This document shows, piece by piece, positions 9,035-16,902 of a stretch of DNA of 28,862 nucleotides. The position numbers and the translations under genes were made by a program. The stretch is from a virus (Duplodnaviria > Heunggongvirae > Uroviricota > Caudoviricetes). The first letter of the stretch is position 1, and the number at the start of each line of letters is the position of its first letter. The stretch lies in the IMG/VR virus record IMGVR_UViG_3300009515_000001. One strand, given 5' to 3'. Below the pieces are notes generated by a model. The model had not been told where the DNA came from. It worked only from the letters and a program-made list of their open reading frames with translations, and searched no databases.

Positions 9035-9217
9035 ATGACTGAATTATTTGAAAGTAGTTCAGTAAACATTTGGTTAGACGACTTTGAGGGTGAGGAAATG
9101 GTTACAGTAAGAATTGGAATGACAACAATACAAATGCCAAAATCAATTTTCTTGGAGTTGCATGGCGGAGTTAATGAATCTATGAAAAAAATTGAAGATT
9201 CAAAACACCTTGAATGA
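9035..9217 (+). CDS. 60-aa hypothetical protein (start corrected from 8999 to ATG 9035)
   Basis: GGAG Shine-Dalgarno-like motif at 9024-9027; avoids overlap with the 8842 gene. Confidence 0.7.
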   Translation: MTELFESSSVNIWLDDFEGEEMVTVRIGMTTIQMPKSIFLELHGGVNESMKKIEDSKHLE

Positions 9218-9255
9218 TATTTGCGATCAGAAGATTATAACTTAATTTTAAAAAA

Positions 9256-9278
9256 TGTTATAAACAACTTGTTATAAC
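9256..9278 (+). promoter_or_regulatory. TATA box with a repeated TGTTATAA element upstream of GTG 9287
   Basis: TTATAAAC at 9258-9265 (-29 to -22); TGTTATAA at 9256 and 9270. Confidence 0.45.
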
Positions 9279-9286
9279 TATTTGCA

Positions 9287-9505
9287 GTGAAGGGGTTAAA
9301 GAAGAAGCTTGCTGGTGGAATAGTTATAACCGTTTTATTATTAATTTCTGGTATTATAATGGTAATTGCTGAAAACAGAAATGAACTTTTTGTTCCAATA
9401 GCTTTTTGCTTTGCCTTTGCAGGTGGAATTTCATTATGGATGGTTCTTAATTTACGAGAATCTAAAAAACGAAAAGAAGAGAATTTTAGGAGAAAAAACA
9501 GATGA
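9287..9505 (+). CDS. Small two-TM membrane protein
   Basis: Two hydrophobic helices with basic flanks. Confidence 0.75.
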   Translation: MKGLKKKLAGGIVITVLLLISGIIMVIAENRNELFVPIAFCFAFAGGISLWMVLNLRESKKRKEENFRRKNR

Positions 9506-9585
9506 ACCAAATCGATATTGAGGAATTACTTGATTACAGGGCTGAAAAAGCTTATGTAAAAAGAATCAGGAGAGAATCAATTTGA
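9502..9585 (+). CDS. 27-aa microprotein, not in ORF track (MNQIDIEELLDYRAEKAYVKRIRRESI)
   Basis: ATGA and TTGA overlaps at its two ends. Confidence 0.55.
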   Translation: MNQIDIEELLDYRAEKAYVKRIRRESI

Positions 9586-9908
9586 TTGATCTAAAAGATT
9601 ATTCAAAGTTCAATGATTCAGTTGACAAGTATCCTGATTCAGTAAAACCAGTAATATACATTCTGGGGCTTGTAGCCGAACTAGGGGAGTTTTGCAACAA
9701 ATACAAGAAGGTTTTTCGAGATCATGGTGGTCAGTTAGATCCAAGACAGAAGGATTATGGGCTGGAACTTGGTGATATTGGCTGGTATTTTGAACGACTA
9801 TCTACATCAATAGGTTTTGATCTAGAAGAAATTTTTGAAATGAATCGAGAAAAATTGGAATCCAGGAAACAAAGAGGCAAGATTCATGGAGAAGGAGATC
9901 ACAGATGA
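9582..9908 (+). CDS. mazG: MazG-like nucleotide pyrophosphohydrolase
   Basis: LGLVAELGEFCNKYKKVFRD...ELGDIGWY...LEEIFEMNREKLESRKQRGKIHGEGDHR matches the single-domain viral MazG-like family (ExxE...ELGD..WY; N..KL..R..RG...G.GD.R). Confidence 0.92.
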   Translation: MIDLKDYSKFNDSVDKYPDSVKPVIYILGLVAELGEFCNKYKKVFRDHGGQLDPRQKDYGLELGDIGWYFERLSTSIGFDLEEIFEMNREKLESRKQRGKIHGEGDHR

Positions 9909-10015
9909 TTGAATATACTTCAGTAAATTTAATTCTAAAAATGATACTAGATGCAATAGAAAAAACTGAAAATAAACCGACAAAAACAAAAAAAATCAGG
10001 GGGTTAGTACAATGA
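9905..10015 (+). CDS. 36-aa microprotein, not in ORF track (MIEYTSVNLILKMILDAIEK...RGLVQ)
   Basis: ATGA overlaps at both ends. Confidence 0.6.
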   Translation: MIEYTSVNLILKMILDAIEKTENKPTKTKKIRGLVQ

Positions 10016-10158
10016 CTTTGATTGATTATGATAAGGTTAATTTTTGTTCTCACTGTCGTATAAAAATCACAAAAGATCTAATAAGATGTCCTGAATGTAA
10101 TTGGTTGGTGAGAACCAGACCTGTTAAAATAAAAGAGGAGAATGTGATTCGATATTGA
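10012..10158 (+). CDS. 48-aa zinc-finger microprotein, not in ORF track (MTLIDYDKVNFCSHCRIKITKDLIRCPECNWLVRTRPVK...)
   Basis: CxxC...CPxC...RTRP, the same C-terminal signature as the 11232 and 11661 proteins; ATGA/TTGA overlaps. Confidence 0.8.
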   Translation: MTLIDYDKVNFCSHCRIKITKDLIRCPECNWLVRTRPVKIKEENVIRY

Positions 10159-10361
10159 TCATTAACGCTAAACCATGTAATTTTGTTAAACCAAGTAAAA
10201 AATTAACTGATAAATTCAAAAAAGAAGTTGATAGATACTATGATAAACGATACCATTTGAAACGTGGTAAGAAAAATGGAAAGTATGTTTGGAAGTGGGT
10301 GATGTGGAAACGTGCAAGACAGATAGAATATTTCAAAAGGATGAGGAAGTTAAAAAAATGA
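10155..10361 (+). CDS. Basic hypothetical protein (TTG start)
   Basis: ORF track; coupled on both sides. Confidence 0.65.
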   Translation: MIINAKPCNFVKPSKKLTDKFKKEVDRYYDKRYHLKRGKKNGKYVWKWVMWKRARQIEYFKRMRKLKK

Positions 10362-10621
10362 GTTACCCCAAAACTGAATCATGGACTAGCAGAAATTTAA
10401 TATATATAACAATTGCTTCAATATTGATTCCTGGTTTTGTTTTGCTTGGGGTTCTAACACATGATACTATTATTGATAGAGAAGAAATTCTATATATAAT
10501 ATATGATGGTGATTCATGCGAAAAATTATTCCATGCTTTATCATACGAAGATAGAAAAATTTTAAGAGATCAAACAGAAACGAAAGTAATATCTAATTTT
10601 ATTTTGGAGAATAATTGCTGA
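10358..10621 (+). CDS. Single-TM protein (start corrected from 10289 to ATG 10358)
   Basis: ATGA overlap at 10358-10361; TM LIYITIASILIPGFVLLGVL. Confidence 0.7.
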   Translation: MSYPKTESWTSRNLIYITIASILIPGFVLLGVLTHDTIIDREEILYIIYDGDSCEKLFHALSYEDRKILRDQTETKVISNFILENNC

Positions 10622-11232
10622 TGATCCGAAACTTTTTTGAAAAGATAAAGGAAACAAAGAAGGTAGCAACTGAAAAGAATGTTCACAACTGGTATAACTG
10701 CGTATTTCATAGCGTTATACTCATAATGATCACAAGCATGATTCTTTCATTATATACAATTCATCTATTTGGAATTAATTTAGACACAACTATTGGAGAA
10801 TTAATACTGACATTTCAACCTGGTATATTCCTACCGTTATTTTATTCAATTACACTATCATACCTTTTTTTAGAAAAATTAATCGTATTACACATTCTAG
10901 CATTTGCAAAGTTCAACAAGTTAATCTTCAAGGGATGGGAAAAGTTTGACATGTGGTATTATCGAAAATATAGAAAGACATCACCATTAACTGAAAATCT
11001 TGCAAAGGTTCAGCGTAAGATTTCAAAATATCAGTCAACAAAACGCAGAAGAAGAATGTTGTTGGTGGGAGTGATAATATTCGTGGTGCTACTCAACTTC
11101 ACAATACGTCTGCCATACATCATGGAATCATTGGAAAATACTGAACAAACTGAAATAGAAAACGATTCAACTGATAATATTGAACAAACAAAAGAACCTG
11201 AACGTAAAATCATAGTAAGAGGAGCTGGATAA
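10615..11232 (+). CDS. Multi-pass membrane protein
   Basis: About three hydrophobic segments and a basic loop. Confidence 0.75.
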   Translation: MLMIRNFFEKIKETKKVATEKNVHNWYNCVFHSVILIMITSMILSLYTIHLFGINLDTTIGELILTFQPGIFLPLFYSITLSYLFLEKLIVLHILAFAKFNKLIFKGWEKFDMWYYRKYRKTSPLTENLAKVQRKISKYQSTKRRRRMLLVGVIIFVVLLNFTIRLPYIMESLENTEQTEIENDSTDNIEQTKEPERKIIVRGAG

Positions 11233-11456
11233 TGAAAAGAACATGTAGAGGTATATGTGATCGTTATTCAAGTCCTAAACATAACAATCGTGGGCTTTAT
11301 ACAACAGGACACAAACGTTGTAACACATGTGAGATCTATTTGAAAACTGACAAAACACAATGTCCATGTTGTAATAATTTCCTTAGAAACAGACCACGAA
11401 ATGGTCACTATAAAGAGGCATTTAGAAAGTACGTAAAACAGGAGGTGAAAGCGTGA
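11232..11456 (+). CDS. Cys-rich zinc-binding protein resembling a conserved Nitrososphaeria small-protein family (paralog 1)
   Basis: CRGICDRY...Y.TGHKRCNTCEIY...CPCCNNFLRNRPRN; family recalled from thaumarchaeal genomes, needs a BLAST check. Confidence 0.8.
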   Translation: MKRTCRGICDRYSSPKHNNRGLYTTGHKRCNTCEIYLKTDKTQCPCCNNFLRNRPRNGHYKEAFRKYVKQEVKA

Positions 11457-11674
11457 ACCAGAAGCAAATGTTAATCTCTTTTCTAAACTCAAAGAAGAAG
11501 CCACAAACATTAGATGATATAATGCAGTTTGTTGAAAAAGAAATGCAAGTTCCAAGATCAACAATAAGAGCTAGACTTTCAGAAATGAGAAAGAAACCAG
11601 TAAAGATAGACGATAAATTATTCCTAGCAGTACACAACGGAGATGGATGGGTAGGTAAAGTTGCCGAACTGTAA
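11453..11674 (+). CDS. Winged helix-turn-helix DNA-binding protein
   Basis: PQTLDDIMQFVEKEMQVPRSTIRARLSEM followed by short beta strands. Confidence 0.7.
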   Translation: MNQKQMLISFLNSKKKPQTLDDIMQFVEKEMQVPRSTIRARLSEMRKKPVKIDDKLFLAVHNGDGWVGKVAEL

Positions 11675-11867
11675 AGGAATCTGTAACAGATTCAAGGTTG
11701 GTAAACCTAATAGAAGAGGTAGCTACTATGAGTACGCAAAGTATTGTAGAGTTTGTTCAGTGTGGTTTGATAAAAAATATACTGATTGTCCATGCTGTAA
11801 ATCTAAACTTAAATCTAGGCCATCTTATAGTAAGCAAAAGAGAAGGCTTGGTATGGTGAAAGCATAA
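11661..11867 (+). CDS. Cys-rich zinc-binding protein (paralog 2 of 11232)
   Basis: CKGICNRF...Y...KYCRVCSVW...CPCCKSKLKSRP aligns by eye with the 11232 protein. Confidence 0.8.
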   Translation: MPNCKGICNRFKVGKPNRRGSYYEYAKYCRVCSVWFDKKYTDCPCCKSKLKSRPSYSKQKRRLGMVKA

Positions 11868-13102
11868 TGGAATTGTTCAAAAAGAAGCAACCTAAAAGTA
11901 CTGAAAAACAAAAAACAGTAATAAGTATTATCGATCTGTATAACGAGTTTTCATCAATAGCATTAGAAGCAGAATATAATCAATTACAGGAAGATTTTAA
12001 AACAAACCCATCTGAAAAAATTTCAAAAAGATTACAGATAATAGCCAAAGTATTGAACGATAGAGCATACGATCAGGGTAATGGTAAATTATTCAATGAA
12101 GCAAAAGACATGTTACCAAGTTTTACAAAGGAAAAATTTGATATAATGACAAAGGATGAGAAGGATTCCCTTCAAAAACTAATTAACAGTAAAAAACAGC
12201 TAGATGAATCAATAAGAAAGTTAAATGAACCAGAACCAGAACAAATAGAAATAACTGTAAACTTGAATGAAGATCCAAAAGAAAATGAAGTGATTGAAAC
12301 TCCTAGAGAAAAAAAGACATTGATAAATCAGATTGAGGTTGAAGATAATCCAACACCAATTATTGATATAGAACCAAAGCCAAAGAAACCAGGTTTCTTC
12401 AAGAAAAAAGTAAAGAAAACCACTGAATATGAAACAGACAAACCATTCGCTAGAGATGAGTTACTAGAACAATCAGCCAAACCACAAAAGAAGCAAAGTA
12501 TTTTCAGTAAACCAATTGGTGATGTATTCAAGAAAAAGGTTACACCAGAACAAAAACAAAGAGCAGTCAAAATGCAACAGGCAACAGAAGCTAAACATAA
12601 AGATGGTGCAAGTTTAATGAAAGGTGTTTTTAACAAAAAAGAAAAGAAAGAAAAAATAAAGTTACCAGATGTTATTTGTCCTGACTGCACTCACCCATTA
12701 AAAGCACATCAATCAAAGGGCGAAGCAACAGGATGTAAGTGTGGTTGTTTAAGAACAATTTATGATATTGCGAAGAAACAAGGAATTTCACTTCAAGATC
12801 CAAAAGAAGTTTTAACAAGAATTATGGAAGAAAACACCAAACCTGTTGAACCAGAAGTTGAACCAGAACTAATAGAAGCTATTGAAAAACAGGCAAAGCA
12901 GTTATCAACATTGAAAAAAGAAACAAAACCTAGCGTTCAAAAGCCCAAGATCAAAGAAGAAATTACAATGACTGAACCACCAAGAAAAGCACAAAGCCTG
13001 TGTGCAAACTGCGATCATGTTCCTAAATCACATTTTGATGGTACTGAATTCTGTACTGTTATTGGTTGCACTTGCGATAATTATCGGGCATATCCAGAAT
13101 GA
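11867..13102 (+). CDS. 411-aa largely disordered K/E-rich protein with two Cys/His metal-binding modules
   Basis: CPDCTHPLKAH...GCKCGC and CANCDHVPKSH...CTVIGCTC. Confidence 0.8.
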   Translation: MELFKKKQPKSTEKQKTVISIIDLYNEFSSIALEAEYNQLQEDFKTNPSEKISKRLQIIAKVLNDRAYDQGNGKLFNEAKDMLPSFTKEKFDIMTKDEKDSLQKLINSKKQLDESIRKLNEPEPEQIEITVNLNEDPKENEVIETPREKKTLINQIEVEDNPTPIIDIEPKPKKPGFFKKKVKKTTEYETDKPFARDELLEQSAKPQKKQSIFSKPIGDVFKKKVTPEQKQRAVKMQQATEAKHKDGASLMKGVFNKKEKKEKIKLPDVICPDCTHPLKAHQSKGEATGCKCGCLRTIYDIAKKQGISLQDPKEVLTRIMEENTKPVEPEVEPELIEAIEKQAKQLSTLKKETKPSVQKPKIKEEITMTEPPRKAQSLCANCDHVPKSHFDGTEFCTVIGCTCDNYRAYPE

Positions 13103-13329
13103 AGTTTGGAAAAAAGGAAAAAATTATTATATTTCCACTAGCAGGATTAGTAGCACTTGTTATTATAATGGGGTTAGTACACGAACCAGAACAAGGTGTA
13201 CTGATTTCAGATACTGAAAACACATGCCAAGAGGGATGGATAAAATATGAATTAGAAAGCGGTATCCTTTGCTCTAAAACTGAACTTTCTCAAAGACAGA
13301 TTGATGAATACGGACAAGTTACTCCATGA
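13099..13329 (+). CDS. Small membrane-anchored protein with a Cys pair
   Basis: N-terminal TM after a basic stretch; CQEGW...ILC. Confidence 0.7.
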   Translation: MKFGKKEKIIIFPLAGLVALVIIMGLVHEPEQGVLISDTENTCQEGWIKYELESGILCSKTELSQRQIDEYGQVTP

Positions 13330-13335
13330 TAAAAG

Positions 13336-13947
13336 ATGAAGTTCAATCTAAAAGAGTTTATAGAATCATTTTCAGTAGGAATAATTCTATTATTTGTTCT
13401 AGTTCCAATAAGAATAGTTTTTGTCAGATATGTTTCAGATGATTGGCTAGGTAGCTTCGGTGTAATAACAGTATTTTCGTTAATGATATTATACCTGGCA
13501 AAAAAAGATAAGCTAGGCTGGTTTGGAAGGGCTTTTACCAGACAGATGTTCAAGGTTCATAAGGGTAAAAGAAGAATCTATGTTTACACACAACTGACTT
13601 TGGGGTTATTGTTTTTTGCAGGAACTATCTATGCAATTCATCTAGGAGATTCCTACTTTGAAACTGAAAAAGTAATTGTAGTAGAATCCCTGCCATTCAA
13701 AAACATTGACCAGTTTGTTGAAAAATCACAAGATGAGATCAGATTAAGGGATCTTCCATTTGCCATGATAATCTTTGTTTACATTTTGATCTTTCGGTTT
13801 GATCTTTTTGCAATAATGATCGCAAGTTTGAATGAGATATTTGATGGTTGGATAATGCACTTTGCAACTGTCTTTCTAGTTGAAGTAATTGAGCTGATCG
13901 GTATATTGATATTAACAAAGTTCTACATAAAAAAACCGATAGAATAA
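13336..13947 (+). CDS. Multi-pass membrane protein
   Basis: About five hydrophobic segments. Confidence 0.8.
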   Translation: MKFNLKEFIESFSVGIILLFVLVPIRIVFVRYVSDDWLGSFGVITVFSLMILYLAKKDKLGWFGRAFTRQMFKVHKGKRRIYVYTQLTLGLLFFAGTIYAIHLGDSYFETEKVIVVESLPFKNIDQFVEKSQDEIRLRDLPFAMIIFVYILIFRFDLFAIMIASLNEIFDGWIMHFATVFLVEVIELIGILILTKFYIKKPIE

Positions 13948-13948
13948 G

Positions 13949-13955
13949 TTTTTTT
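13949..13955 (+). terminator. Oligo-T archaeal terminator ending the early region
   Basis: T7 run directly after TAA 13945-13947. Confidence 0.5.
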
Positions 13956-13974
13956 ACAATAAAAAAGTAAAAAA

Positions 13975-14046
13975 AAGAAGGAAACTTCTTCCTTTAGGAG
14001 CCAGCCAATCTTGGTGGTCAAAGGTTTTTCAGCTTTTGATCACCAA
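13975..14046 (+). other. Two stem-loops in the early/late intergenic gap
   Basis: AAGAAG-GAAA-CTTCTT (13975-13990). 14-bp stem TTGGTGGTCAAAGG / CTTTTGATCACCAA (14011-14024 with 14033-14046) with two G-U pairs on the plus strand. Confidence 0.6.
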
Positions 14047-14053
14047 AACCTAA

Positions 14054-14063
14054 TTTTTAATAA
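14054..14063 (+). promoter_or_regulatory. TATA box of the virion-module operon
   Basis: TTTTTAATAA begins 31 nt upstream of GTG 14085. Confidence 0.55.
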
Positions 14064-14084
14064 GTGAAACTATATTGATTCAGT

Positions 14085-15083
14085 GTGGGAAGTATTGAAG
14101 TATTAACCATTGTAATCGTTATTGTATTTGGTGCATTAATGATTCCAATATTGTTCGATGAAAACCCAGCTGCGTTTCTAGAAAACTCACTTTGTACTAT
14201 AATAACACCTTTTGGTGGAAATAATTTTACATGTAATTCAATTAGTGGTAATGTAACATTCACTGGTTTAAATGGGATAGATATTTTTGCAAATGGAACA
14301 AATCAAATAATTTGGAATTTTACTGGTTCGGCAGGAAATGGTACTGGTGGTGGAAACCAAACAGATGAAACTCATGTTTCTTTAGGTGGAGATGCGGATA
14401 TTTTCAAGAATGAAACGTTATCTAATGCAAACTTTCGCGGCGTTAGCGCCGGTATTGGTATTAATGTAACCGAAAGAACTAACGACGCGTTGATCGCCTT
14501 AATAGACTGTGATAATAATGAATTACTTTTATTCAATGGAACTACTGATGATTTTGAATGTATTGACGGGCAAACCTTCGCCGCCGAAGCTTCTATAGAT
14601 AATACTGAAATTTTCTTTGCACATTTATCCGCTACTAATGCCGACGACGTAAAAGTTAGTTTTACTAATTATGATATGAGGGCGGTTAGATTTAACGATA
14701 ATGTAGACGTAGGGGCTACTTGGAGTTATACAGTACCAATTAATTTTAATTCAACGGGTACAACTATGGAGTTTAAACTATTTTGGTTTTCACAAAGTAG
14801 TGATGTTGGAGATGTATGTTGGCAATTTAAAATTAATGATGTAGTGGAAAATGATAATTTAGATTTTACATTAACGCAAGTAGATGAAATATGTACCGCT
14901 AACTTAGGCATTGATGTTTTAGCAGTTGATACTTTTCAAATACCTTCTACTACTCATAATTTTACTGCAAATGATTTAGCATGGATTCAAATACATAGAC
15001 AGGCAAAACAAAATAATAATCCTAATGATACATTTGAACAAAACGCTTACGCAATAATAGGGAAACTTAGATGGATCGCTTAA
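14085..15083 (+). CDS. Membrane-anchored or secreted glycoprotein, tail-fibre-like virion protein
   Basis: N-terminal hydrophobic helix; many N-x-S/T sequons; ADIFKN...FRGVSAGIGINVT segment and a C-terminal F..WSYTVP...KLFW...GDVCWQ beta-sandwich reminiscent of phage tail-fibre modules. Confidence 0.65.
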   Translation: MGSIEVLTIVIVIVFGALMIPILFDENPAAFLENSLCTIITPFGGNNFTCNSISGNVTFTGLNGIDIFANGTNQIIWNFTGSAGNGTGGGNQTDETHVSLGGDADIFKNETLSNANFRGVSAGIGINVTERTNDALIALIDCDNNELLLFNGTTDDFECIDGQTFAAEASIDNTEIFFAHLSATNADDVKVSFTNYDMRAVRFNDNVDVGATWSYTVPINFNSTGTTMEFKLFWFSQSSDVGDVCWQFKINDVVENDNLDFTLTQVDEICTANLGIDVLAVDTFQIPSTTHNFTANDLAWIQIHRQAKQNNNPNDTFEQNAYAIIGKLRWIA

Positions 15084-16039
15084 TTTTATTACTAAGTGTT
15101 AGCCTATTAGTAGTTAGTTCTATTACATTAATAGAAGCTCAAAAATTACCACCACCTGAAAAACAATTACCTCCACAAGTAGAACTTGAAGCCGAGTACA
15201 TAGGCAAGGCAATATTAGTTACATGGAAATTACCAATAGAAGAAACTAATACTACTACTGCTTACAAGTGGGTTTTACAACGTGATATAAATGGAAGTGG
15301 TTTTGTTGATATTGCCAACGGTGAACGAGATCCAAATAACAAGCCATTAAGCGAAGGACAGGAAGTTAGATATTATCTAGATAAAGTTAGCTCTCGAGGT
15401 TCTACATACAATTACAAAATCTTTTACGTTTCTGTCGATGGTCGAGAGATTACAGAAAGCAACGCTAAATCATCAGTCTTTATTGATAAAGACGAACCTT
15501 TAATTCATGTTGGAAAGGGTAATTATTTAGAAACTACTAGAATACTTACACCTTTCAACAAACCAATAATTAGAGTTTTATTTGATTCCTTTTTTGATAC
15601 GTTCCCATTAGCCTATGCTCCAACATCGAATTTAGAACCTATTATAACTTCAAGTTTAAACCCTAAAGACGAACCTTATTTATTTAATATTACACCTTTA
15701 CCTAATCCCGATCTATCATCAGATTGTAACCAAGTTTTAGAGATATTATACAAACCGAGTTTAAGTGGTGGACAAACCTTTGAAGTGTTCGCTACAATTT
15801 TAGAAAGTCAAATAATAGTTAGAAACCAACATCTTTATGATAACCTAGCAGATTCAAACAAACGAATCTTTAACGAATGGTATTTGATACCAAATTCCGA
15901 AGAATCAATACAAAACTTTGAAGCCCTTGAAGTCCAATTAGATATAGATTCTTCCTTAGAAATAGATCCAAATAATCATAGACAACTATCAATCTATGGA
16001 GTTAACATATACATACCAACAGGATCTTCATCATGTTAA
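15071..16039 (+). CDS. Secreted protein with one FN3-like domain
   Basis: Signal peptide (…TLIEA); AILVTWKLP...WVLQRDINGSGFVDIA...YYLDK..RGSTYNYKIFYV FN3 pattern. Confidence 0.75.
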   Translation: MDRLILLLSVSLLVVSSITLIEAQKLPPPEKQLPPQVELEAEYIGKAILVTWKLPIEETNTTTAYKWVLQRDINGSGFVDIANGERDPNNKPLSEGQEVRYYLDKVSSRGSTYNYKIFYVSVDGREITESNAKSSVFIDKDEPLIHVGKGNYLETTRILTPFNKPIIRVLFDSFFDTFPLAYAPTSNLEPIITSSLNPKDEPYLFNITPLPNPDLSSDCNQVLEILYKPSLSGGQTFEVFATILESQIIVRNQHLYDNLADSNKRIFNEWYLIPNSEESIQNFEALEVQLDIDSSLEIDPNNHRQLSIYGVNIYIPTGSSSC

Positions 16040-16042
16040 ATC

Positions 16043-16050
16043 TTTTAATT
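16043..16050 (+). promoter_or_regulatory. TATA box for the gene at 16074
   Basis: TTTTAATT at -31 to -24. Confidence 0.45.
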
Positions 16051-16073
16051 AACAGTTATGAGGTTAAAATAGT

Positions 16074-16415
16074 ATGCCATTAATGGAAGCGGGATTGTTC
16101 GGGTTACTGGCTGGTGGAGCCTTTATCTTACTGATTATTTCATTCAAGTTTGGTGCCTTATTGAAGGTAATTTCAGCAGTATTATTCTTTTCAGTTGCAT
16201 TGATCTTGATGGCTGGTTACGAGGTAGCATATACTTCAGAAACGGTAGGAACACCATCATGTCCTGCTAATGATCCCTGTATAACCCAGCATTATCTAAT
16301 AAGGGAAGATCCAGGTACTGGAGAAACATCAGGTGAGTGGGCTGCATGGTTCTTTATTCTACTAGGAATACTTAGCTCAATGCTCTTTATTGTGGAGATG
16401 TTTGTAACAAAGTAG
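16074..16415 (+). CDS. Three-TM small membrane protein (candidate minor virion protein)
   Basis: Three hydrophobic helices; loop with CPANDPC. Confidence 0.75.
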   Translation: MPLMEAGLFGLLAGGAFILLIISFKFGALLKVISAVLFFSVALILMAGYEVAYTSETVGTPSCPANDPCITQHYLIREDPGTGETSGEWAAWFFILLGILSSMLFIVEMFVTK

Positions 16416-16425
16416 GTGTTATTAG

Positions 16426-16902
16426 ATGGTTTTATTCTTTAAACTTTGGTTTTTCTTCTTCATTGGCAACTTGATCTTCGGATCAGCTATCAGCATACTT
16501 GCAAGTGATCCATTGATTGATTGTCCTGCTTCTGAAACTGGTTGTGAAAACCCAAATACCACGTTTTTTGCTACGCTTGGCGTTAGTGCAACCAATGTTA
16601 CAGCTCCTGATACTGAATCATTTTATGGTTCACAGTTCTCACCTGAAAATGAAACAGGTGACACTGTTCCAGATTCAGTAGGGTTTTGGGAATCAATAGA
16701 CTTTCTAAACATTGGTGAGTTACTTAGGTTCTTGAGCTTTGTAAACCCACTTTATACATTTGATGTTATGGAAGATATGTTCTTATCAGTAGGAATAGAG
16801 GAAGATTCACTATCAACCATCTTTATTGCATTAAAATCAATCTTCTTTGCACTTGGAATACTTGGATTCCTCTTTGTAATCTTCAAGATAGATGTCATTT
16901 AA
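16426..16902 (+). CDS. Membrane protein with a glycosylated loop (candidate minor virion protein)
   Basis: N- and C-terminal TMs; CPASETGC loop; NTT, NVT and NET sequons. Confidence 0.75.
   Translation: MVLFFKLWFFFFIGNLIFGSAISILASDPLIDCPASETGCENPNTTFFATLGVSATNVTAPDTESFYGSQFSPENETGDTVPDSVGFWESIDFLNIGELLRFLSFVNPLYTFDVMEDMFLSVGIEEDSLSTIFIALKSIFFALGILGFLFVIFKIDVI

Noticed and set aside
8796-9038. Alternative plus-strand ORF 8796-9038, and 13002-13217
   Set aside because: Each overlaps a better-supported gene in another frame (8842-9024 has a TATA box and TM; 11867-13102 and 13099-13329 are ATGA-coupled).
621-13553. Numerous minus-strand ORFs in the early region (e.g. 621-821, 1700-2125, 3398-3649, 7625-7981, 9235-9510, 12328-12690)
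   Set aside because: They are antisense shadows of A-rich plus-strand genes. Their F/L/S/I-rich translations are the expected mirror of Lys/Glu codons, and they have no promoters or motifs.
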